From assembly GCA_963924565.1 (NCBI GenBank), contig OZ004608.1:29326001-29390000 (forward strand): 64,000 nucleotides of DNA, in the 5' to 3' direction. The notes beneath the pieces are model-generated. The model saw only the letters and a program-made list of their open reading frames with translations, was not told the DNA's origin and did no database searches. The first letter of the stretch is position 1. The number at the start of each line of letters is the position of its first letter. Shown here one piece after another: positions 22,414 to 34,962 of this stretch. Source of the DNA: Ascidiella aspersa. Taxonomy: Eukaryota. The translations under genes and the position numbers were made by a program.

Positions 22414-25400
22414 TCAAGAAACAAGCTTAAGCTTCCACCAGGAAACTTCTTCCAGCTCGACTCGGTAATCTTTCAGCAAGGTTCCTCCCGGTACCGGATC
22501 TCCTCCTCTCAACTGATCTTCCCACACGATCATCCTCGATCCATCGCGGAACTTCGGGCCCGGAAGATACACGTCCCGCCACCGGGTGGCGTTCTCCACC
22601 ACTGGGGCGACCAAGTACACGTCACCGACCATGAACTCGTCATCGATTCGAAACGCGGTGATGTCATCACGCGTCACCCACCAGATTGGACGAACCGGAC
22701 CCAGGCTGCTCTCGCCGTCTACATAATCTTCCGACGCCCGCTTTAGCACCGGGAAGATGACGTTCTCGTGAAATGTGACATACTTGCGCGCTACGTCAAC
22801 GGTGACGTCATCGTACTGCCAGGGCGTGAAGGAAAACTGCATAGCGGGGAGGAATGCGGTGATCTCAAGCCAGCGGATGAAGAGCTCGCGCTCAGGAAGT
22901 TGGGTTTCGAGAAACCCCTTTTTGTAGCCGTTTCCTAGGGATAATTTGCACACACAATGTACTTTTTAAAACTTGCAGTAATTATTTTTAACGAAAAAAT
23001 ATTTACTTTTTGGTACTGAATAATTTATGCAAATACAAACTTTTGGAACGAACAAACTTTTTGCAAAATCTACAACTAATTGCAATAATGTCAAACCAAG
23101 ACTGGTATATCTTTTCTCTTCTGCCTATTTCGGGGTACTACCAATTTGTTAAAAAACGATACCTTATGACTAAATTCAAAATAAACTAGAAAGCAATAGT
23201 TAAATGTTATGTGAATGATGAAACAGTCTCTTTTGAATAGCGTGATCTCTTATTTAACAATTTTAAAATATGTGTCGAGACCCTTAGCAAAAGGTAAAAA
23301 TTCACCAAGGGAACACGAATAAGTACCTTCAGAAGAAGTAGATTAATACTGTTTCATCTATTCCTTTACTACACGTATCACCAGTATTGTTACTAGTCAT
23401 TTTGAAATGAATGGAGTCCCAGTCAGGTAAGTGGCAAAATAGCTTAAGTTCAAGTCAAGTCATTCCCAACAAATAACAAGTCCAAGTTCAAGTTATTGCT
23501 AAAGCAAGTCAGTTTTCCGTCAAGTCACTAGCAACAAAATCAAATACTTAAATTTAAATATGCCATTGCATTGTTTCACCTAACAACCCCAATACAAAAC
23601 AAATAGCAAGCAAATTGATATCCGACAATTGACTCACCTGTACAAAAAGGGGTCGCCTGCACAAAAGACTTGCGTCAAGTGAAGTTATTTTACTCCAAAG
23701 ACTTAGTTTTTCAGATGGGTCATTTCAAAACAAAGACTTAAGTGCACTTCAAAAAAGTCAATAAGCCATGGCAACACTACATATCACCTTTATATTCTAT
23801 AGTAATCGTCATTTGAGTCTCTACCTCCGATCATGTCAGGCAACACGTAGGGGTAGCCGAGCAAACTGAACGTCAGGGCTGTGGGGATGAGGGTCTTCAA
23901 ACCCTTGGAGCGTGACCAGTTGGAATCCTTGTCCATCATCCTCACGAAGATCGGGAGATTCTGGTTGTTCCACGAGGCTCGGACCTCGATCTGAGTACCC
24001 AATCTGCGTGAAAATAGGGATAAAAGCTAAAAACGTATAACACATAAACCTAACGTTTATATTAGTCGAATCAAGACGATTTTGTCGGTCGAACTTTAGT
24101 TCGAACTATTTTATTACCGAGGGCAGTTCATTTTTTGGTCAGCGTAACTGTTAAATTATAATGACGTTGAAGTGATGTAAAATCCTTTTTTAGAGTAAGC
24201 AAACATATTTTCATTTAGTCTTAATGATGCTTGTTTTACAGCTTGCGTACAAGGGTGGCTTGTATATGCGTACTTATTTAAATGTTAAGAGTATATTTTT
24301 TTCATTGTGAACCGAATTTTTAAAGCAATGCGATCCTATATTATTATAAGAAAGCAAAAAGCTTTGCCAGGTGAAAACGTTTAAGGATCACCAATTAAAA
24401 CTATGGACACATCAGATTCAATTTGAACAGTTTAAAATTATAAAGAGTTTTCAACATGATGATGAAGCGAGGCGCTTCTGTATAGCGTGTTCGTGTTCCG
24501 TGGAAAAGACGTTACATTTTCTTAGTCTATTAGCTTTTACTCTGCCGCAAAAAAGAAATAAGTTTGACGTAGAGAACAAAAATTCGAAACCAGAACTCGA
24601 CAGTCTAAACTACGAGTTTCTAAAGCTATAACGTTCGCATTTTGTACTAAGCTCATTATATAAACGCTTCGTATCTCTTTACTACCTCGCAACACATTCC
24701 GCGTATTGCTTTGTGTAGAAACTGGGATTCTCCAACTGTGCTTTGGTCTCGTACTCGGGGATGGAAACCACGAACCCGATCTCACCCGCATCGAACTTGA
24801 ACGAATCGACCAAGTATTCGTCCTGGATGTCTTCCAAGTGATCCACGTACCTACATTTAGTTATCTGTTTTACATGATAAAAGTGTGTAGCCTATATCAC
24901 AACGACAACGCTGGGCTGTGTATGGAATGAGCAACTGTTTATTCGAGCGGGGCAATCCGGAATAAGAAAAATAAACAGATTAAAATATCAAGTTTTAGCT
25001 GAATATTCTTCCTTGGTTTACATGCCATTGGGTCGTTTTATCTATAAATGAGTTCGATAACAGCCATCTGGTAAAAAGGTAAATAGGTAATTCTATTGTT
25101 CTTTGCACAACCAACGCGGCCTTTTCGGTAATGTTTCAAATGGACAATAAGCTGCCTGTAATGCGCTATCCTGATATTACCTAGTCAGAGGACCTTTAAT
25201 AAATCTGACCCAGGTATGATGTTGCAAAGTATGTAGGTTGCAATGACTTAAGTCCATAACTTGATTAAAGCTTAAGTCCAATTTTGAGTAAAATAACATC
25301 GTCTCTGTTTTTAAATGACCTAACTTGGCCTCAGTCTTTTGGGCATAATGACTTGGGTTAACTTAAGTTTTGTGGACAAATGACTTAGGCTGAAATGAAC

Positions 25401-28400
25401 TGTTGTTTGTTAGCAATTTTCTTTATAAATATTCGGTTTTAACTTAATTTGAAGTTGACTTGCTCAAAATATGATTTGATTTGGACTTGCCTTGGGAAAA
25501 GTATTTTATAAAGACTTGATTACAACACTGCAAAGCACCTGCTATCAATATTTCGGAAAGCTTATTCATTAAAAACATAGTATCGCCCAGTTCAGTTTAT
25601 GTCAAATACTAGGGTCCCTCAGTTTTGATGCACAAACAAATGCTGAAGAAAATAGCGTCAAATGAATAGTCAATTTACCAGTCACAGGCAGCGGGATTGG
25701 TAAAATCGATTGCGGAACCTTTTCCGTTCCACCAGGTTGTGATTCCCGCTTTCTCTTCCAAGCCACTGCGAATAAAGTAGCCGTGTTCCTCGCCGACCTG
25801 GTAGTTCTCCGAGTTCGGGTTCACGAACGGCGTCACCCAGAGCGTGACGCGAAAGCCGAGCTCGCGCAGTGTTCGCGACATTTCGCGCGCGTTCGGGAAC
25901 TTTCGCTCGTCGAACGTGTGGTCGCCGTAGGCCACTTCGTACCTGTTAAGCCGGTGAAAATAAAGCGATAAAAGTAGGAAGTAAATGGGCAATGTAGTTT
26001 AGAAAACACTTTTCTAAACATTTAAGGCTCTATGATTCATCAAACTGGAAAAATAAAAACGGATCCTTGTGATTTGTTGTATGGTGTTTAGACTAGCGAT
26101 AGCTTGCATTTTGTTTATATATTTAATATTTATGTTCAGGAGCTACATATTAAAACAATTATGTAGTTTCAATAATTTTGGTTAACGCCTTATAAAATAT
26201 CTCTCCACCCATTTCTTTACCGACTTTAATGTTTGAATATTTACGTTTCAAAATAATGACTTGACATTAAATTACGTTTTTGACGCTGATTTGAAATAGA
26301 GACTTGTTATTTTTTATTCTATATTTTGAAAACGACTGACTTGGACATCGGCTAATTTACAAATAAATTGACTTGAGACCGTTTCAAAGCGACTTGTTTG
26401 CAACGCTAGATTCCCATTTACCCGTCGTCGATCTCCAGCTGACAGTTGGAGAAGTTGTGCTCAAGTATTTGCCGGGCGTATTCCAGCACCACGCTCTGGT
26501 TGATCTCCTGCTTGTACTGGGCCCACGTCGACCAAATCGGCGACTTCATCATTCGTAAGTCGGGCAGACCGCTCGGTCGCTTCAGGAAAGTCTTCAACAA
26601 AGAGTTAAACACGAGAATTGCGTTCCTTATATATAGCTTAAGACTGCAGAGATGACCGATACTTAAAATTTCACTCCGATACCGATACCAGATATTTTGG
26701 ACACGAAGTTTGGCGATCCTATCCAATAACAAATGACGTCATTACTATACAATCAAATTAGAGAAAATTTAAACTTTAAAAGGTAAATTTTTTAAGTTAT
26801 CAAGCCAAAACTTACTTCAGCGTTAACACATTCAGTTATCTTCAGACCTATAGGCATTGTTTTAAAAAGGTTCATACCTTTCACAATGTAATCGCTGTGT
26901 GTAATTGCAAATAATGGCTGAAATTCTTGTATTAATTTGGTATCGGATCGGCACCGATGCCGCCCTAGTATCGGACGAGTCCATACTACCACGATACTAC
27001 CACGTCGCATCGGGCATCGGCTCCGATCCGATATTATCGGACATTCACTTCACAGAACTATACCTAAAAAGTGGTCATGTGGTCACACGACACAGAACTA
27101 TACCTAAAAAGTGGTCATGTGGCCACAATTATGGTCCTTATTTTAGGAATGTTTTTTAAAAATTTGTGATATCCGTGAATATCCTTGAATAAATTCAATA
27201 ACGGATGTTGGTGCAATTTATCTGCAATAATTACGTATATACCTACAATGTAATGTTAGCATACAATCTGATTAACTGTAAATTTGGACATAATAGTGCG
27301 TTTCGACTGATGAAGGATGTGTTTAGTTACTGTGGATTTTTGTTAAATGAATAGAAGAAAACGAATTTTAATCACTTCCAGTTTAGTTTTCTTGGCAGCT
27401 TACCTCTAGCATGTACTCGTGAGTGGTTTGCACTTGCCTAGAGAAGCAGGTCGTGTACTTCAACCAGTTGCCTCTCTGTGACTTGTAACCGTCGGTAGAG
27501 GAACCTTAAAAGGTTGTAAAATTGCGTCACTGTGTTTTCAAGAACTGCTGTAAAAGAGCATCCTGTCACGAAAAATTTTAAAATAGCATAAAGATTCGCT
27601 TCAATTAAAATAAGTTTATGTCGTAAATATTAGGATCAGGGGCGGATCCAGGCTTGCACGACGTCTTAGCTCCCCTAAACTATATTTTTGCCTTTTTTAC
27701 CTACAAAATCGCTTCGAGCAAACTTATATGGCTTTGTTGTATGTATTAACTCGTTTAGGGGGAATCTTTTCATTGAAACTGATTGTTTCGCGCTTCAGTA
27801 ACGTTTTCGCACAAAAGGATAAACGCACTGTATGTTTGACTTTCGACGTGGTTAATGTTTAGCTATATATTCAAAGACCCACATAGCTTGTTACCCAAAA
27901 TCATCTTGATCAATGTCATTATATCAAGTAATGTTCCAATATTAATCGTGTGCCCAAAGCGTCACGCCTCCTTGTATATTAAACATTTTGGCAAACTTAA
28001 GTGAAAGAGAAGAGACCTAATTTCAGTTGAGCATTTTCGCACGAGTTCGACCGGGAACAGAAAGTTTCTTTTCGTGTTGGCCGCTTCCGTACAAACGTAA
28101 ACGCTATTGCGATCCTGTGTTTGTGGTAATGTAAAGTGGCAGTAAAATTGAGTTATGTACCCGGATACAGATATTCACTTTCCACCTGCTTTTAGTGATT
28201 TGCTTAAAACCGGAGATTTAAATCGCTTCTGACCAGAGAAGTTTTACTTCACACTCGAAGACGATATAAATTATGTAACGTAATACACAGAGAACATTTT
28301 TTTTTACAAATTAAAACAAAATCGAGCTGTTAGATTAAACAGCTTAAACAAATAGATATTAACAAAACATTTTTTTAAAAGCCTAAAACTCTATAAAAGA

Positions 28401-31005
28401 AGTAGCATATCAAAACAATTCATATAAAACCGTCACCTTTAAGGCAGATGTGGCCTTGCTCAATGCTGACGTGTAGAGGCGCTTCTGGGTCGACGAATAT
28501 CGCGAAACCGTTGGACGAGAGCCAATAGCGTTCGATCACCGGCCCGAAAGACTGGGGCAGGTCATAGTTGTCATGTGAGAGGTAAGGGGCCATCGGCTGA
28601 GTCCAACTGTGGGTAAAACGTATTAAACACGTGGCAAAGTGTTTTCATCGTTTTGCGTACAACAATTACACACAGTCAACTATTAATTATATCAAACACA
28701 CGACCACTATTAGCCTATTAGGGCCTATCTCCTTGGTACCACAATTCTATGATTTAAAGTGTATGGCACTATTTGTTACAAGTTTAAGGGGCTCTTGACG
28801 TCATATCGAAAGAAGGTAGAATATTTCGATTTTTACTAAAAGCCAGTTATGGTCCAAATAAACCGGTACTTTCATTTATAACAATATATGATAAAATTGA
28901 TAAGACAATAAAGGTTAAGTTTTTTTTATCAAACGTTCTATCGTGAAAACAGTACAATTAAACATACAGTCGGTGGTGTCACTAAGTTACCTCAAGTAAA
29001 GACGCCTATTTTCGAAATCCGGCCCGCTTTTATTATTACCTTTTATCAGTATTTTACCAGGTCAAGCCGGTGGAGTTTCAGTAGCTTACAGCGCGTTGAC
29101 CAAACATTGCCAAAACCAAAAATATGGGTGAATGCTGGTATGAACGGTATTGCTTTTACCTGTTAATAGGCCATGTTTGGTTAGACATTTCGGCCCCTCC
29201 AAACCAGTAACTCTCTGTCATCGGAAAACAGTCGACTGGCGTGAGATTATCGTTGTTGCTCAACCACGTTGTTTCGTAGCAGGTAACTTCGTCGCTGTCC
29301 GTCTGTATTTATGTAAGCCGTTTTTCCACAGGTCTCCAGAATAATCTAATGTTCCTTCACAGCTTTTTCGGTCTATTCGGGTGACCAATTTAAGCCTAAA
29401 GCGTTCTGCGAATTTCTGCATTTTTTAAAACCATGTTGTAAGAATTTGAAATGCGGTCGTTTTGAAACACTTGGCAACACAGGACAGTAATAAAACAACT
29501 GGGAGGCTGATTGTTTACAGTTCACACAAAGGCCACAGTGAACACATAACACATTTAGACAAGGAAAAAGAGGTTATTCGTGCAATACTTTTCAACAATT
29601 GGGTTACTGTTTGCAATATTTATGCACAAGTTATAGTTTAAGCCAGGGGCTCAGACAGGGGTGTACAACTCAAACATGCTGGCGTGCCAATTTTTATGTT
29701 ATAACTTCTTCCCGTGCCAAAGTTTGGAAACTAATTCTTTTTAAATAAAAGCGCCTTTTCACTTAAAATAAAAACGTTTATTTACACATGAAAAAATTTT
29801 TTTTATTCAGGTAAACCATTCATAATTGACCAAACTGCTTCTTTGCAAACGTTTGTTTTTAGCCAAACTCTGAAGAATGATTGTAAGATGTGTACTGGAA
29901 ATGCGCATTACTGCATCTAAGTTATCGCGATTTCTCTTTTTTAGAGAGGGAGGGGGCTTGTGTGACACATTTGGCCGCGTGTTGGACAACCCTGGTTTAA
30001 GCATATCAATCGAGGGTTGAAATTGTAAGAAAAATTATACCTCTGGTTCATAAATTGCAAAATCCATGCTTTGCCCATCATAACGCATGACTGCGCACAG
30101 CGCCTCGTCACCTTCGCATTCGATAAGTGTGACGTCACTGGGAAACATTGTGTCTCTTCCATCAGGTGAACGCGACAGCCTCGAAATAAAATATCTGCTC
30201 TCCGGTATGTCGGTTCTGACGTAAATAATCTAGAAACAAAACTATGGTTGACATTTTTAATGTTAAGGTGCGAAAAAACAGCTCTTTTTATGTGCGAGTG
30301 TCCTGGATAAAAACCTTAAGTAATACTGCAAAGTATTAGGTTAAAAAGCGCTATAGTTCATCAGTTCTCCATATACGAAGCCTAAAATAAGGGTCTAACC
30401 AACGCAGGGTTTCCCAACCTTTTTTACACGGTGGCCCCCTTTGAAAGTTTTGATAAATCAATGTCTCCCCCCCCCCCCCCTTTTGCCGACCTTTTGAAAA
30501 AAAGTAACGTCCTTTTAATTAAAAAAACGTTTATACAGTAACTGGTAGTTAGGATGATAAAATATTAATAAATCTAAAAGTTAAACAAAGAAAGTAAACT
30601 CAAGATGACATCTAGATTGTGAATCCCTGGTCTAATGACAATTAGATTTCGCAGCAAACATTATTTTTGAGAAGAAGTTAGTACAAGTTGTATATAACAC
30701 AAAGCGATGAGTGCACGACGGCACGTGCCGTATGACATCATGGCTTTGTCTAGGTCTCTAGGATATATAATTTTACCATTTCGGTAACGCAAATAAACGA
30801 AAGTTTAATTCGCAACCTAGATGAATGGGTATTTTAAACATTTATTTGAGTTGAAAGGCAGCCTTCTTACCGTCATATCGTCGTTGTGAAACTCGATCCC
30901 GTAATGTGTCTGAGGGGAATCCGGCTGCAAAAAAACGTGACGGACCATCAATATCAACAGAAACGAGCATGTCTCTGCTGACTTCAAGCCTAATGGTCTT
31001 TTCAT
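22414..31005 (-). CDS. MYORG: Myogenesis-regulating glycosidase-like (MYORG family, GH31), copy B; 10 coding exons, ~678 aa
   Basis: Exons 31005-30871, 30229-30041, 29302-29160, 28606-28437, 27504-27404, 26591-26422, 25942-25679, 24850-24686, 24003-23825, 22934-22414 splice in frame (2037 nt), with the same intron positions and phases as copy A. FKFDAGE and RMMDKDS are intact. Exon 1 is the least certain. Confidence 0.92.
23382..23779 (-). mobile_element. Diverged GACTT-rich hAT MITE (family A) in MYORG-B last intron
   Basis: Termini CAGTATTG and CAACACTA, near-perfect TSD CGTATCAC/CATATCAC, AAGTC repeats. Confidence 0.7.
25233..25530 (+). mobile_element. Diverged GACTT-rich MITE (family A)
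   Basis: GACTT repeats throughout; ends TACAACACTG. Confidence 0.6.
26646..27050. mobile_element. CCGATA/TATCGG-repeat MITE (family also near 21160, 47715-48010, 54960-55200, 62300-62400)
   Basis: Termini GATGACCGATA and TATCGGACAT, with internal CCGATAC/GTATCGG subterminal repeats shared among several dispersed copies. Confidence 0.55.
29644..29994. mobile_element. hAT MITE in MYORG-B intron 2
   Basis: CAGGGG...GTTGGACAACCCTG flanked by identical 8-mers GTTTAAGC (29636-29643, 29995-30002). Confidence 0.7.
30405..30629. mobile_element. hAT MITE related to 52749-52942
   Basis: CAGGGTTTCCCAACCTTTTTTACACGGTGGCCCCCTTT matches the reverse complement of the right end of the 52749-52942 element. 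Confidence 0.65.
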
Positions 31006-32314
31006 TGCGATTTACCTAAGCCTAACCGGTCTGCAATAAAAAAGCAGTGTAAGCTACGCTAGATTTGTTATTTTGACTCTGCCGTACACAAAGGTTCAAA
31101 AAGTTACAACATATCGTTTGCGGTGGTAGCTGTTCTTATCTACAGTAGGCTACTGCGTTTTTCGCTTGTGGCACAGTTAATAGTGTGTTGCTTGACAAAC
31201 TATATACCAGGACACAGAAAAGCATTTGCTGAACTTAACATAAAAATAACACGACAACACAAAGTTTTCATTTCTACCCCGGTGCATTTTGCATAGGGCA
31301 AGTTAGTCACGAACTGCAGCATAACACAGTACAGCGGAAACCGACAAGCCATAACGTTTCGCTGCAATGGAAAATATATTCAACTAAGAAGCACTAACCT
31401 TCCATGTTACTTGTTTTGTCAGACATAAGTTTCGTTCTTACAAGCATTTGTTGCTATGTTAGACGCTAAAGTTAAGTTTTTATAACACACTTGTCTGCAA
31501 TGCACCAACCATGACTGACAATATATAACAGAAAAATTGCTGGTTACGACGAGGGCTGTAATAAACTGAATTTTATACGTAAACTTGGAACATAGCTTGG
31601 CTCGGTTTTCTTTCCTGTCCTATTATGTTCTTCATACATATTTCTTAATCAACTGTGTGTAATTTAAGATCAAGAAATGTTGTTTAAGATACAGTTCAGT
31701 AAACTGTCGAGGCGCCCTCTAAACTGGTTCTAAAGTAAATTGCTTTAGACAAGCTTGGCTGCTGTAGGCCTATTCGTCATGGATCACTACAAGCATTGGG
31801 CGACAGCCGGCATGACAGTTCAAATATTTGCCCTGTAAGCCGATGCGCATTCGGAGAAGTAGCAGGTTAATTTTTGAAGGTACACATTTTTAATAAGACT
31901 TCCTAAAAAGTACTGTCCAGTTGCACTTATTATACATATTTTAAGTAACCAGCATTTCTCGAAACACAATGTAATTGCATCACGTTTTTGCATTGTAGAC
32001 CTACTAATTTGTTTTTTTAATTTTAATTCTCTGTTGTTTTTTTTCGATTTTAAAATTGTTTGGCAATTATTATATTATTTCTTCTCCAAGCTGTTTAAGT
32101 CGCCTTCTTCAGGGTGAATGAAGTCGAACTTTAAGACTTTTGTGGAAGCAATGCGAGTTCAGCTTTTTTGGATCGCGAATTGATAGTCAGCTTTGGTTCA
32201 ATCTGGCAATATCACTTCACTTTTTTTTTAATTTTTTGGTGTTGAAATTATTTCATAACTACCGTAACTGGACAAGGGTATACATTCCATAAAATTAGTA
32301 TATATGCCTTAGAC

Positions 32315-33347
32315 CAGTGTTTCTTAAAGTGGTGAATGGTTCACCCCAGGGTGAATAAAACTTTTGCAGGGGTGAACCAACCAAAAGGGGTGAATAAGGG
32401 TGAACGAAAGTTCAGGAGCATCCAGTAGTCACTAGTAAACAACTTTCTGAAGTAAATCGACTACTGCTGTTGTTTTTTGGTGTAACTGTTGTTTTTTTGG
32501 TGTTTTTTTAGCTTATTGTAATAGTTAAGTTGGTTTGCACTGAGTGTATAAGTTATGCCTACCATATGTCCTCTTTTAGGAGGATTTGTCCCCTTTTCTA
32601 AAGAAAACTGAATGGTCCTCCGAGGACGCTAAAAAATGTCTAAATGTCCTCTTTTTTCGCATTTCGAGTTAGTTGCTTATACTTTTAACAAGACTTTTAG
32701 GCGAGAGGTTTGATTTATTTCCAAAAAATACTTGAGCCATGAAAGATGCTGAATTGCTAGTTTAAAAAGGGTTTCTAGGGGGGATCCAAGCAATTCGTAG
32801 GGGGGGAGGCGAGCTCTAAGTTAATATTTATTTTTTTTGCTATGATTCTAATGGTATCGTTTTCGTTTTGGTTGTACACCACTCCTACAGCGCTGAACAA
32901 ACTCTGTTTTTGCCAACTTTAACATTAAAACTGCCAAAAAAAATTGTGAATCTTCTGTTATCACTTTGTTGAGCACAAAGTCTCTTTGAGTGCCATTCCA
33001 TGTTTTCATATCATTTTCGTTTTACTTGCAGGCAAAAAAATGTCCTCTTTTTGGGTGCTAAAACTATGGTAGCCCTAGTATAAGTACAACAATTTGGTGA
33101 CTTTGTTTTGTGCTTTTGTTGCTTTATATTTTGTTTAACTCAAGAAATTGTAGATTTGCAATGGTAAAAGTTAGCTTGAGCTGATCTTTACAAAAATCGA
33201 AACAATCTAAGTCATTTTGAGCTGTTATATATAGACGAGATAGTTTGTATATGTTATATATAGACGAGATATCATGAGACAAGGGTGAATGATATCTGGA
33301 GATAGATGGTAGGGGTGAACGAAACGAAAAAAGTTTAAGAAGCACTG
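32315..33347 (+). mobile_element. hAT MITE (outer element) interrupted by a nested insertion
   Basis: TIR CAGTGTTTCTTAAA...TTTAAGAAGCACTG, GGGGTGAA subterminal repeats and imperfect TSD CCTTAGAC/CCATTGAC. Confidence 0.8.
32554..33077. mobile_element. Nested hAT MITE (inner element)
   Basis: Termini TATGCCTACCATA and TATGGTAGCCCTA, TGTCCTC subterminal repeats, perfect 8-bp TSD GTATAAGT (32546-32553, 33078-33085). Confidence 0.85.
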
Positions 33348-34962
33348 CCATTGACATATGTATAATTTTCCAACATTAATTAAGCCTAAGAATGGAAATT
33401 TAAAAACATTGGCCCGCAAGATAAAATAAACCTTGTTTTTGGCCCACGATGAAAAGAAGTTGGACCACCCTGGTCCAGATAATAAGTTAATTTATTTATA
33501 CTATTGTCCTACAATAAGTTAACCTTTTTCGCCAAATGCGAAGTTTTCTACTTGGATAAAGTATTTTTAGCTTGGATAAAGTAGTGGGGTTTCAGATTTA
33601 AACAAGGGCACCCTCTGAAAATACGATAGTTTATTTTTATTATTTCACAAACAATTTGAATCAACATTTTTGTAAAAACTATTAGGTTTTTGAAATGCCA
33701 TATTGCCATAACTTCAAATACTTGCGGAGCTTAAAATAAGATAACAGTAAAACCAAGCGACCTACACGATGGTTTTGTGAAAGAAAAATGAGCTTTGTTT
33801 GCAATATAGTGCAAGGGTGTTCTGAAAAAAAAATTAACAATCAATATGATATACTTTTATTAACGCTTGTCTCCAAAGCAAGATGCAACATTTAATATGA
33901 AGTTTGCTGCATAATCGGTTCAGTGGCAACTACGAGTATATAATTTATTTATGTAAAAATAAACAAAACAGTAAGTTTGCTTGCATTTAATTGATTTAAA
34001 CTACACCAAGGGACAGGTGCAGAAAAAAGCGTTTTTTTTTTCAAGGCGATAATGTCCTTGGCCTAAACTTTACTGATAAATGATTTACTGCATAGTATAT
34101 TGGGGAGCTGTACAATAAAACACTAAATATATTTTATACGAAAAAAAAAATGGAACTAGTAGTGGTCCATATAAGGAGCACACATGGATGTCAAGAATTA
34201 CTATTTCCTATTGCGATCAGCTAAAGCATTTTAATTTTATTTTATTAAGTGTTATAAACAAAATTAAATTATAGTAAGGCGTTTTAAAAATAAATTTATT
34301 CCAAAGTGTCGCGTAGCGCCTTGGCCTATTGCGACAGCTAATAAAAAAATAGTGGTTTATTTAATGTGATGGACACTGAATGCGCAGAAATGAAGTGTTT
34401 GACTTTAAGGTGTACTGACAGAGAAAGAGGTTATGTTACACTGATCAGGACTACCGATGGAAAACAAATAAAGTATCAAAAGATGCAACACGACAATATA
34501 CACTCTGCAATAAACCTACAACACAATTTTTCACACAGCGTACACAATAGTATGACAAAAATGATTTTTAATTTCAAAATGAGATTATTTCTACTGTAGG
34601 GCCGCTTTAAATCCTGGGAAAAATGGAACATCGCAGAACAATGACTTCCTATGGCACAGGTTAACTCGCGCGCGCTGACGGAAATGACTACCGCTTAGCG
34701 AAAAACAAACAGTGAAAATACCGCGTATGCAATTCAACTAGACAGGAACATGCGAAAAGTAATTATGTGGGAGCGACAAAGGCAACGCGATAAACTACAG
34801 AAAGCTGTGGCTATAAAAAACAAGGACATTTTTTAAAGAATTCTTCAACGTTTCGGATAGAAGTTAATGCTAGAAATATCATTTCTCATACAGCGGCGTC
34901 CAAGTCAATGCGGTAACGTCCACTGCGGAGCGGCGGCTATTCACAATATCTTCGTGACATTT

